Of a stretch of 64,000 nt of DNA, positions 1-12,300 are shown piece after piece. The translations under genes and the position numbers were made by a program. Under the pieces are notes generated by a model. It was not told where the DNA came from, made no database searches, and saw only the letters and a list, made by a program, of their open reading frames with translations. The DNA comes from Tubulanus polymorphus. Lineage: Eukaryota > Animalia > Nemertea. The stretch lies in NCBI RefSeq assembly GCF_964204645.1, contig NC_134026.1, positions 18,634,150-18,698,149 of the forward strand, given 5' to 3'. Every line of letters starts with the position of its first letter. Within the stretch, counting starts at the first letter, position 1.

Positions 1-2070
1 TCAAATCCAGTTTAACACATTCCCTTGAATCCCACATCGTTTTAACTTAAACATTAATCTTTTATGTGGCACCCTGTCAAAAGCCTTCTTAAAGTCAAGA
101 TATACCGAGTCGATTTGTTTGCCTTTGTCCAGAGATTCTGTCCAGTCATTCAGTGTTTCTAACAGCTGCGAAACTGTGGACCTCCCTTTAATGAATCCAT
201 GTTGAGAGAAGTAGTGACGATATAGTGCCTCACTCAAGCAGATGTTCCATGATATGGTCCCTGATTATCGATTCCATCATTTTACAGACGCAGCTAGTAA
301 GACTAATAGGCCTATAATTTTCGGCCATGTTCCTTTTCCCTTTTTTGAATAATGGCTTTATATGGGCAAGTTTCCAAGCTGATGGCAATACTCCTTCTTA
401 AAGCGATTTTCTGAAAAGGAGTGTCAAAGGTTTTACTAGTTTTGGGGCTGCCTCTTTCAAGATTCTCGGGTGTATATAATCAGGTCCTGGCGATTTATTT
501 GTGCGCAAACCTTTAAGTTTCCTTAATACCATCTCCTCGGTGATACCAATATCTGGAACCTGAGTATCCGAGGTATTAGCACACCCGCTGTTATCAAATG
601 GGTCCTCTCTCGAGAAATCACTTCCAAGGAATTTATTAAATAACTCGGCTTTTTGATGATCCCTTTTAGTCTCGTCCGTCAAGTACGAGATGTTTGGAAT
701 ATCTTTTTTCTCTGACCCTTTTGAATTACAGTATTTCCAAAAAGCCTTTGGATTTTCTTTTGATTCAACCGCGTCTTTTTTCAAAATTCTGTTTAGCTTT
801 TCTCGTTGCACTTTTGGCCTCGTTGCAAGCACTTTTATATAGTTCATAGTCATCAGGGTTATGAGTTTTAAGTTATCTGCTCCACATTTTGTGTTTTTTC
901 TTGACTTTTAACTTTGTTCCGATGTCCATCCAAAGAGGAGATTTTGATTTCCATTTACTAGTACAATAATGGTACGCAGATACCTTCGGCCTGTGTGATT
1001 TTTGAATGTAAACTCTCCCAGCATGATTGTACAGAAACTTCGTCCTCTTCCCAGTGGTCATTGGATAATGAAGTACCTAGGCATTCCCGTAATGTGTTGT
1101 AGTCGCCTCTGTTATAGTTTCTATGCTGCCGTCGAGTAGTTGAATTTACTCTGATAAGCGTTTTCACTGTGAACAAAAGACACAAATGATCACTATTCCC
1201 TAATGATGCCAAATATCCAATGTCATCAATTACCTCTGGGGTATTGGAAAAAATAAAGTCTAAAACGTTCTGCCGCTGGCCCATTCTAACTCTGGTCGAT
1301 TGCGTCACGTATTGGAAGAAATGTGCATCGTGAACGCTATCGAGAAACTTTGTTGAGGGATGTTCGTCGGAGGTTGTACTGGTCATGTTGTTCCAATTTA
1401 TTTCAGGATAGTTGAAATCCCCACAGAAAATGATCTCCTTCCCTGTTATTTTCGCAAGGGATTCTATCGTTGTTGGTAACAGGTCATTGTTAATCATTGG
1501 GCTGTTTGGGCTACGATAAATGCATCCCAGTAGTATTGGTTTTGATTTCTTTGTGCCTCCAATTTCTATCCAGACCATTTCTGTAAATTGACCTTGCATA
1601 TTAACAACATTATCTTCAGGTGAGCGTGGATTTAATTCCTTCTTTACATAAATAGCTATCCCTCGACCTCCTTCCTTGTTTTCTATGTTTGTATAAATCT
1701 CGAAATCTTCACTTCCATTGAAATTTAAATGTTGCTTAATTGACCGGAAACTTGAGAACTTTGGTTTTACTTCGGTCAATGCCATAATATCCGGCTTTAC
1801 TGATTCGACTAGATAGCTTAGCTCAGCCTTCTTATTCATAAGAGAGTCAACATTCGACTAAATACATTTCAGCTCACACTGGCACTTTGAATGGTAACTA
1901 TTTTCATTGTTTGTATTTTGATTCCGTGTAGGTTCGTCAAAGACATTTTTCACGTCAAATTTTTGAGAATTTGCAATTTTTTCATTACTGTTACTGAGAC
2001 TACTTGTTGCTTTCGACGTTTCCAAGAAAGGGCTGCTGTTGGAACGAGTTCACTATTCTTCGTACTCGTA
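1..2070 (-). mobile_element. Degenerate CR1-clade LINE (APE endonuclease + reverse transcriptase); runs off the window start and is cut at its 5' side by a hAT terminus
   Basis: ORF 958-1839 has APE motifs (LTEVKPK, GCIYRSP, CGDFNYP, VLDFIFS, SDH). ORFs 398-853 and 1-237 have RT motifs (KSPGPD, QHGF, YLDFKKAFDRVPH). Broken by stops and frameshifts. Confidence 0.88.
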
Positions 2071-3995
2071 CAGAGGTGCCAACCCCCCCCCCCCAAAAAA
2101 AAATTTTTAAGTAGCACAAACCAAAATCTTAAGTGTTTTCGATGATTTTCCTGTACTTTCAAAATTTGTTAAATTTCCAAAAATTAGAACCTGTATTTTT
2201 CAAGGAAAATAAGTAAAAGCCCCACAAAACCCAGAAATCAATATTACATCTAGTAGTAAATTTACAAAGAAGCAAAACCTTTGATTTAAGTAAAATTAAT
2301 TGTATTTACTAAAAAAAACTAATACTGCTGTAATTGATTGTCATAAATAAATCACGTGGCTACACTGGCTATGCCCACATATCAAAACTGAGACTTTTGA
2401 TTTTGTGAAGAATATATCTGGATACACATGTTATACATAATTAACATCTATGAATACAGTACATTAACCATAGAAATACTGCTGGACAGAATGATTGTTA
2501 CACATTTCATATCACTCAAGCTTCGATCACATTCTGTTTTGTAATTGCAAAAATAACTTTTAACACAACACAACAGAAAAATACCACATAATTATCTACA
2601 ATGTGGAATAATGAAAAGTTAGTCCTGCTTTAATGATTTAGCAGTTGCTGATTTACACTTCTTAAGCAAATCATTGCTATGGTTATTTAGATGACAGGTT
2701 CCCCCTCTTGTTTTCAGGATCATCAGCGACTCAAGAACTTTAGGAGATAGGCTGCCCCGAAAGTCTGTTTTGTTTTTCCTTATGGTGCTGAATACACGCT
2801 CACACCCAGCGTTACTAACTGGAAATAGGAGAATAGTCATCATCATCCTTGGCAGGATCTTGAACCTATAAATAAAAAAGAGGGCATGTTGTAAGCACTT
2901 CCATTAAAGTGAAAATAATCTGCACTTGAAGGGTTCAAATTTCAATTTTTGTCTCTCAGGAAATTTCAGCATAGTTCAGAGTAAAGAGATGTTGACTGAT
3001 TTGGTAATTCTAGATCACTTGTAATTTCCTCACAGCTTCACCTCGTTTCGTAGACTTGCTGATGTACCAGTAAACTTTACGCAAAATATCATTAAAGTTG
3101 AATTCGTCACTCATTGATTTCAAACCTTTTGACACAGCTAGATCAAGAAGGTGGCAGATACAGCCGGCAAGGTGCACATTAGCATGTTTTTCACGAATGA
3201 ATTTGATAGTCCCTTTGTATTTACCAGTCATGACTGCACAATTGTCGGTAACAAAACTCAAAAACTGTGTCCATTGAATATCATTAACCTCTAGTTCTCG
3301 CTCAATTATTTCATAGATAGATTTTCCGGTATGTGAAGCATTCCATATAGGTAGAGACAACAGGCGGGTTTTGAAGGTCAAACTCTGTGGTTCGAGATAC
3401 TTAACTACAATTGGGTAGTATGTGTTATTCTGTAGAGCTGATCCATCTATTCCCAAAATGAACGGATTGGCTTTGATGACACTAATGCAGTTTGTTTTTT
3501 CAACATGAGCAAGTTCTTCAACAATGTATGTTGCCTTTGTTCGAGCACATTTAAATGATTTAGCAATTTCACTGTCAGGGAACATCTTACGGCAGAGTTC
3601 ACCCATGTGGTTTGCAGCACTCAGAGCAATGTTATGCTCAACCAGGAACTCACAAAATAGTGTTTCCACCCGGATTTCTTTAGAGTTCTCCTTTTTCACA
3701 AGAAACCTATCCATTGTCTTATTACTAGAAGTTTGAGCAGCGGCAGTTTTATGCTTTGCGCTGGCAAAATGTTGTTGAATGTCGTACTTTCCACTGTGTC
3801 CAACGGAAAAGTTTGATTGACATACCGTGCAATACGCATGATTGTTGCCGACGCGACTAGGCAGATTACACGGGTTGTTGGCCGTGTATTCTGCCTTGAA
3901 TTTTTGCAGCTTACATCGCCGTTTTTCCGGAGGGCCTTCATCGTCGGAAGACAACGATTCACTTTCGACGTACGCCGCCATTTTACATTTTTCAT
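2071..3995 (-). mobile_element. hAT-superfamily DNA transposon, copy A (3' TIR plus transposase remnant)
   Basis: TIR CAGAGGTGCCAACC at 2071-2084; its reverse complement is at 35247-35260. Transposase ORFs lie inside. Confidence 0.8.
2619..3981 (-). pseudogene. hAT transposase (BED-like zinc finger, catalytic core, C-terminal dimerisation motif); incomplete
   Basis: CTVC...H...H finger, ILGIDGS, VTDNCAVM and CICHLLDL (CxxH) in 3010-3981; PVSNAGCERVFS in 2619-2846. Confidence 0.85.
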
Positions 3996-4259
3996 ATTCA
4001 ATTCAAATTCAATTCAAATCAATTTATTCATCATAAAAAACAGACAAGTTTGTTGATGATACATGAATTAAAGGATTACAATATGACACATTTAACATGA
4101 TAAAATATGGATTATATACATAATGAAAAACCGACGTAATACTTTCAAATGAGGTTAACGCAAATAACAATTTACATTATCATTATCATTATCAATCAGA
4201 TGTTGACATTTCTACGAGTCGTATTATAATATGACACTACTGTTTAATTAATTATTTAA

Positions 4260-5120
4260 TACATTGATTGGTGTATTTCGCCACATTCAGTAAATCACTA
4301 CCAGTACTTATTTGGTTATTAAAAACAGCTGACAATTCTTCAAGATTATTTATGTTTATCATATACTATCACGTTGAATGGAAAATTTATTGCACCTAAA
4401 CAGGAAATGTTCTTCATTTTCTACTAATTGACAACTTGCACAAAGACGATCGTTGGGCTCTAGACCTAAATGTCTCCCTTTTTCAATCATAAGTCCATGC
4501 GAAGAAGTCCTCAATTTGCAAACAGATGATCTCATAGAAAAGTTTATAATACATATTAAGTATTTTTACAGATAGAAGCCTTTTTTGATTTTGTTATAGA
4601 AGATGTATCTGCTGTGATTAATGTCGTTAATTTCGGATTTCCAATAGGCTATAAAATGATTTTGTAATGACACTTTTACCAGGTTAATATTTCCTCTAAA
4701 GTTATCCCAAATATGCAAGAGCTGCAATATACACAGAAGTTCTTTAATACCTGACTGATAATTGTTAGGTTTATCTATATCACCTATACTATCCAGGAAT
4801 GATATACGTACGAGCGATTCATTTTTTGATGAACTCATAATGGAGCACCAATATTTCACAACTGAAAATAAAATGGCTATATACAGAGGAAATTGTTCTA
4901 GGTCCCCTAACATAGGGAGAACTGGAGATCTCCTGTTTAGACCTAAAATTCTGCGGTAGAACTTCATTTGTAGAGAGTGGCATTTCCATTTATTATAACT
5001 AGCACTCAGACTGTTAACTGATGCTTTTTTTAATACAGCTAAGCAAGTATATATACCCCATACTTCGGCTCCATAGGTTAAAATAGGTTTTATCATACTA
5101 TCAAATAACTGTATTTGTTG
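4260..5120 (-). pseudogene. LINE ORF2 C-terminal part (post-RT region and terminal CxxC..EEHFLFxC knuckle)
   Basis: ORF 4566-5096 (IKPILTYGAEVWG) and RLCASC..ENEEHFLFRC read on the minus strand near 4400-4450. Confidence 0.8.
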
Positions 5121-5126
5121 GACAAC

Positions 5127-5550
5127 AGTAATAGGGGTAATGGGCTTTCAGATCAAAGGTCGCACGCTCGAATTTATTTTTCTTTTTTTATGAGTTTCAC
5201 TCATAATTCAAATAGAAATTATTATTATTTTCATATTTTTTCATTTTTTACTCACCCTTTCAACCTTTAACCTGAAAGCCCATTACCCCTATTACTCTTA
5301 AAATATTTATATACATGAATAAAATATATATGAATAAAATATAAATTGATAGATTATTCAATATAAAAGCGTTAGTAAAAAAGTAACGAGTAATTAACGA
5401 GCTCACTTATAAATAAATATATAGATATATTTTAAACATTATTTCAATATTTATATTTGTATGAGTTAGATTTTTAAACATTGAAAGTGTGAGTAAAGTG
5501 TGATTGAAATAATTCATATATATATACATGAATAACATATAAATGAATAA
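5127..5550 (+). repeat. P1 left TIR; the outer 5127-5296 is an internal fold-back with one arm partly deleted
   Basis: Reverse complement of ~29186-29708. The terminal motif recurs inverted, ending at 5296. Confidence 0.9.
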
Positions 5551-5588
5551 CTTCTAAAATCAATTTAGTAAAAAAATATGTATAATAA

Positions 5589-6242
5589 ATGGAATCAGAA
5601 CAACCACAAACTATCAATATTACAAATAACACTGGTGTTATAAACATATACTACAAGAAGTGTTCTAAATGTGAATTAGATAAATTAGCTATAACAGAAT
5701 TCAATAAGCGTAAGAATAGCAAAGATAGTTTTCAATATTGCTGTAAAACTTGTACTAAACTATATAGCAAACAATATCGAGAAGATAATAGGGAAGCTTA
5801 TAATGATTATATGACAGAATATATGAGAGAAAGATATAAAACAGATCTTAATTCTAGATTGAAACAATGTTTAAGATCTAGATTAACACAATTATTCAAC
5901 AAAGAAATGCATTCAGAAACACTATCTAATTTATTGGGTTGTTCAGATGAATTCTTAAAATCATGGATAATATATCAGTTTAATGATAAAATGAATATAG
6001 ATAATTATGGTGAATACTTTCATATTGATCACGTGTTGCCGATTTCTAAATTTGACATGAGTGATGATTATAATAAGAAGCTAATCTAGAGCTGGAGAAA
6101 TTTAAGACCTTTAGAAAAGAAGGAAAACATAATTAAATCTAATAAACTAGATTTACAGTTATATTTAGATCAACTGGATAAAGCAAAGACATTTGTTGAA
6201 TTATGGAATTCAACACATAATGAAAAATACGTTGAAGCTTAA
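5589..6242 (+). pseudogene. Zn-ribbon + HNH endonuclease; in-frame stop at 6087-6089
   Basis: CSKC..CKTC, HIDHVLP and, past the stop, WRNLRPL..KEN..K.N. Ortholog at 45358-46011. Confidence 0.8.
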
Positions 6243-7296
6243 GCGTTTAGAAAACCGGTTACTTTCGATCTATGTCAAAGGCTCCCTATATGCACTTGTA
6301 TTCGGTTAGCTGTAGGTTGTTTACAAAAAACATCTGCCACATTTTATATTCAGTTGAATGGGGCGTACCTCATTTGAATATTGATCGAATGTGCTATTTC
6401 AGTTGAAAAGGATTAATCAATTACATTACAAAGGAACATCTGTTGCTTAGACAGACATTGCCTGGTATATTGAGCGCAGTCGCATTACAACATACGAACT
6501 GAACAAACGGAATATATAGAACGTATAAGATTTCTCTCTAGAAACACAATTAGGAGTTTACAGTTATAAATGTAAGTACTGTTTTTGTTGTTATTGAGAC
6601 GTCGGGAAACGTAAAACATGTTTAAGTGTATTAATCTATATTTGAAAACTACAACTTCAAGGTAGTTTTATTCTACGCTAGATATTTATCTTTTAGATAA
6701 CAAAATGCTACGCGTAACAAGAAGACCATTGCTATTTGAACCAAGAAAGTGAATATAGGAGGATGTGGAATCAGAAATAATGGATATTTCAACTCATGAA
6801 ACTGTAGCAGTTTAGCCTTACTGTATAGGGTTTCAATGCATTACGTTTGTCGGAATTTCAATTGCGTCATTAAGCTGTTGTTAATGTCACACAGTGACAG
6901 ATGTTGTATTGTACTTTATTGATTCCTGCATTCCACGCATACCTTACCGCTCCTCTCAGGAGCGGCTTGGAATGTGGAAATCGATAATGATTGTAGAATA
7001 AAATATATGTGTTTATGAAATAGTATTTCCACCAGTCGTTTCTTTGAATTTGAATATTTTCAGTTTGAGGAATTTATAAAAAAACAATAACTTCAACTAA
7101 CCAGTGAATTCTATTATATTTTTAATATTTTCTTTTCAAAAAGAGAATACTTTATATTTTGAATAGATTCAAATAGAAATTCTTTAAATTCAAATAGCTA
7201 GTATCAGTAGTCATTACTAAAATTCTTTAACTTTAACTATTTAGTATCATTTTATAATACTTATAATATTTTTATTATTAAATTTCTCTAATATAA

Positions 7297-7911
7297 ATGT
7301 CAATGAAATCTAATAAGAATAGTATTGATATTGAAAAAACATTAGATGATTTAGGTATTAGTGATAATAAGGATATTCCAACCAAAATTGAAAATAATAT
7401 TCAAGTTAATAACAATATAGATTATGAATACTACTTATATTGTAAGCACCATCTTGAATTACTCATTGCTAGCGGGAAGTGTAAACAATTTTTAACTAAG
7501 ACTATTACTTTTCAAGAACTAGACTCTATGAAACCAGATAAAGTAATAAAATATTTTAAGATTTATGAAGAAGCTAGATTAGCCAGAATATATGATTCTA
7601 TTTCAGATAGCATTATAAAATGTTATTCAAAATTATGTAACCGGCTAATATGAATTGATGATGAAAATAAATTATATAGTGATTTGAAAAATGACTATTT
7701 AGTTATGACTGAATTACAAAAATGGATCGGGTATGCTTCATTTCAATTAGGATCGGTTATGACATTAATTTCTACTGGTGTCATAACATTTTCGAATATC
7801 AAACCTATGGAATATAAATCAGGTAAGAACGAAACAGATGGCGCCGTACGACACCCAAACGGTGAAACAGAAAATGAATCAGAACAAAAATTAACTAAAA
7901 TAAATGAGTGA
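7297..7911 (+). pseudogene. Polinton hypothetical protein with a hydrophobic C-terminal segment; one internal stop
   Basis: ORFs 7297-7653 and 7684-7911 are colinear with the single ORF 46269-46844. Confidence 0.75.
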
Positions 7912-8272
7912 TGGCGTTAAGAAAAAGGCTAGATCCGAGAAACAAATTAAATGGGATAGGGAATTAGGTAAAAGATCTGCAGAATTTAAAAGAGCTAAGA
8001 AAAAGAAATTAACTGATATAAATGAATCACAGAAATTATCTGATATTGATTCAAATAATAATCCATCTGATTCTAATGCTAGAAGAAATAATTACTTATA
8101 TATTACAATTGGGTTAATCACAATTATTATATTATCCGGTGTAATATATAAATATAACTATAAATCTGATTATAACAATAATGATTCCGATGATAATAAA
8201 CCTATTATACCAGAAAATAAGTCAAATCATAAAGTCATTGAAACTAAATCTAAATTATTATTAATGGATTAA
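7904..8272 (+). CDS. Small basic single-pass membrane protein
   Basis: Lys/Arg-rich N-terminus and TM segment YLYITIGLITIIILSGVIY; conserved in P2 (46837-47205). Confidence 0.75.
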   Translation: MSDGVKKKARSEKQIKWDRELGKRSAEFKRAKKKKLTDINESQKLSDIDSNNNPSDSNARRNNYLYITIGLITIIILSGVIYKYNYKSDYNNNDSDDNKPIIPENKSNHKVIETKSKLLLMD

Positions 8273-8472
8273 ATTAAGATGAAAAAAAGGACAATATTTA
8301 AGAGATTTATATTATAACCCAGAAAGTGAAGTATCATATTCTAACGTTTCAGAATTATGGGGTAAAATTAAATCCGATGAAGAAAATATAAAATATAGTG
8401 AATTAAAATCATGGTTACAAAATCAACCAACATATCAAATCCACAAGAAAATGGATAAAACTTATTTAACAA

Positions 8473-8731
8473 TGATCTTACGATCCGATTGGTTCGTCTA
8501 TTAATCTAATAACACGACTATGCATTCTCAAGTATATATGGAATCTGCTTTATTTTAACTAAAAACTATATCTTATTTACCAGTGCGCATGCGTATCGGT
8601 AACATCTATATAGAGTATACGGTTCACTAACACTATCAAGGGTGACTGCAATTTAGTCTAAAGTTACAGGATGTGAACTGGTTTTGAACTGCTTTTTACT
8701 GTAATATGTTGTATTGTTTTTCGTCACATCA
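8473..8731 (-). repeat. BEL/Pao 3' LTR (259 bp); polypurine tract GAGGGGTGGTA adjacent on the minus strand
   Basis: Direct repeat of 15059-15325 with ~3 substitutions and one 8-bp indel, counted by eye. Confidence 0.95.
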
Positions 8732-9379
8732 TACCACCCCTCAAAAATGGGTTAAAGTTTTTTAATCACATTGTTCTATTTCAATCTTTTAATAAATTTG
8801 CACTTTCAAATTCTGATCAAAATTCAATTATTTCAGATTATGTTTATATCCAATATTTAAGATATCTTAATTGTTGTCTTCACTATAAATGTGTATATAC
8901 TGTATTTATTTAATGCTATTTAACCTAGATAATCTAAGTCTAATGAATTTCAAACTAGTCTATAGTAAACAATAGGAAACAATCACGATAGTCTGGTATT
9001 TTTCTAGTTTCATGAAGTTTATGAACATCGTCTTCTGGTGGGCTTACGGTTGTCGCTGCCTACTACAGATTAACAACAGGTGGACAGACCTGATGCTACT
9101 GCTCCATAGGGCTTACAACACTGTCTGCCACCCTCGTTTTCACGTCTTGGTACATGTTTACCTCGTCAATGGTACTTTAAACTTCTGGTTATCTTTGTGA
9201 TAAAATAATTCTACATCTACATATCTTCACCGTAACCCCGGCCAGGAGGCTTAGAGGCTGTTCATGAATGCTTAAATCATGACCTCGAGACTATGGACGG
9301 AAGAGGACGTCTTACTACCCCTTTCTTGAGCTGCAGTCTAATGACTGGTCTCAAGCCATACCGTATACCAATGCGTAAT

Positions 9380-12300
9380 CACTTTCGAACGAATTCTAAT
9401 GGACAAATGTTCTTCACATTCCTTCTGAACGATATTTCTCCGATTTTAACATCCACTACCCTGACCAATTTGTCTGAACCCGGGTAGGTCTCTTGGATGA
9501 CTCCTCAATCACCAATCACGTCTCGGTAGCGATGGATCAACCAATAGCACTACATCTCCAGCTTTCATATTAGCTCTTTCGTGACTCCACTTCTTTCTAT
9601 CCGCTAAACATTTTACGATTTCATCCAACCACTTAACCCAATATTGCTTGAGAAGGTCTTGGCAGAAACGCCATCTACTTCTGAGGGAAAATGGGGTGTA
9701 GTCCACGGAGTCTGGAGTTACCGGTCCCCCTAATCTTCCAATCATGAAATGATTAGGTGTCAGCATTGGCTCTTCGTTAACATTTGAACCTGGTGCTATG
9801 AGGGGTCTAGAGTTTAATAAGCTTTCTGCTCCCGTTATAACGGTCAGTAACTCTTCGTCTGTGACATCTGCCGTTCCTATCACTGCTTTGATAGCTCTCT
9901 TCGATGACCTGATCATTGTCTCGAATACCCCTCCGAAATGGGGTGCGGCTGGTGGATTGAACATCCATTTCACCCCTTTATTGGCCAGGTTAGCAGTTAT
10001 TCTTTCATTGTCTAACTCCTTAACTAGATTTTGTATTTCTTTGTCTCCCGACACAAACGAACTTCCGTTATCCGATACGCATAGTCTTGGCCAACCTCGA
10101 CGAGCTGCAAATCTGACAAACCCATTCAGAAATGAATCTGTGTCTAATCCGAACGTCATCTCTAAATGAACTGCCCGCACTTGAAGATCGACCAGTAACA
10201 GAAGATATCTCTTGTGTCGCGCCTTACCGCGTCCTTGCTTAGTGTAGAATGGGCCAGCAAAATCTAGACCACATTCTGAGAATACGTGATTCGAAGGATT
10301 TACTCGAAAACTTGGCAATGCTGCCATCTTTTGAAGTTTTCCACCTCATTTGATCCATCGGCGACAATAAGTACAAGCATTTATCATTTTGCGGACTTGT
10401 TCTCTTCCGTGAACTATCCAATACTTGTTTCTCAGACTATTCAGCGATTAAATCCCGAACCGTGGCCGCCGTCTTCATGTTCATTTCTAATGATAAGTTT
10501 CGTCACTGGGTGATTCTTTGGTAAAATTATAGGCATTCTCGTTTCGGCCGGTAGGTACTTCGCTTTTTGTAGCCTCGAATTTGATCTCAATAACCCTTCT
10601 TCATCTAGTATTGGATTAAGGGTTACTATCGTACTTTGTGTGCACACTGGTTTGCCACTGGATAGGCAGTTGATCTCGGTTGTGAAAACTTCTCGTTGAG
10701 CTATTCGGATGATGTGATTTTTTGCTGCTACGATTTCATTTGCTGTAAGTTGTAAATCCAGGCACCTATTGACCTTCTTCGTTCTACAATTTTCCACGAA
10801 CCTTTTCACCCACGCAAATATCCTAACGAACGCGAATCGACCTCCAGTTGACGTGTTTCTGTTAAAGATTGGCAGCCATGTAGACCATGATTCACTGTTT
10901 AATCTCCAGTTTTGTTTATCTTCAAAATCTGGGTCAGGTTGCCTTATAGGAAAGATACTGCTGTCTTTCAGTTTAGTTACTGGATCTGTCTGATGTATTG
11001 TGATATTTGTATGTAATAATTCGCTTTCTTTCCTGAGTTCTTTTGTCACTGCCTGCGTCAATCTGGACTCTGTTTTTGGCCAACTGTCTCTGCTCTCTCG
11101 CAGGAACTCTGGTCCTGTCCACCACATATCATTTGTGTTAAGTAGCTCGGTGACGGTCATGCCTCTGGTGACTTTGTCTGCGGGGTTCTTGTCTTTCGGT
11201 ACGTGATTCCACTGTGACGGAGACGAATGTTCATGTATATATCAGACTCTGTCGCTACAAAAGTCTTGAAATTTCGGCTTTGATTTCTAATCCAAAAAAT
11301 GACGTCCATTGAATCACTCCAGTACTCGATTTCACTGATTTGTAGATTTCGGTTTATTCGTTGAGTTAATTCTACCCCTATATACGCTGCCATCAGTTCT
11401 AACTCGGGGATGGATAAACTTTTCGTTGGTGCAACTCGAGATTTCGATGCAATTAACTGAGTGGATACCGTGCCATCTTCGTATATACACCTCATATACA
11501 CACAAGCTGCATAGGCTTTCACTGATGCATCAACAAATGTATGCAGTCTTTTCGAAGAAATAATTCCTCGATTTTTCAGACATCTGGGTATTCTAAGTTG
11601 CTGTATTTGCTTCAGGTCTTCAACCCAGCTAATCCATTTGTTTTTCAATTCATCCGGTAGACGTTGATCCCAGTCCAAACCTTGGATCCAGGTTTCTTGC
11701 ATCAGGATTTTTGCTACGATTATTTTGGGTTAAATCAATCCACGTGGGTCAAATACAGTGGATATGGCTTGCAACAATTCACGTTTGGTTGTCACCTCTC
11801 GGTTAGGCAAATTGTTGTCATATGTCAGAGTGTCTGATCGTGGTCTCCATTTCATGCCTAATATAGAATTGGAATCGGTCTTCTCTACTTGGATTTCTAC
11901 ATCACCATTGGCTCGATCTGCTATTTCAACTCCAATTAAGGCATCAGGTTCGTTTGAAATCCACTTTCTATAGTGGAAACCGCCGGTTTCACTCACGGTT
12001 GTCAACTGTTGTCTCAATTCTTGCGTTTCTTCAATACTGTCAACTGATGTTATTGTGTCGTCCATTTAGGTATTTTCTAGTATGGCTTTAGCTGCCAGAG
12101 GATGTTCATTCTGATTTTTTCTAGCATGATGTTGCAGCACAAATTGCGCACAGCAGGGCGAGTACGTGCTCCCAAACACCAGCCTCGTAAACTCATATAT
12201 TTTTCCCCATCTATCCAAAGAAATCTGTGGTATTGGCGCTCTTCTGGTTTCAGTTTGATTTGTAGATACATTTGCGTCAAGTCGGCTGCTCTTGCTACGG

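Noticed and set aside
2083-2102. C/A homopolymer run as a G-quadruplex or regulatory element
   Set aside because: Simple low-complexity tract inside a transposon end, prone to slippage and sequencing error.
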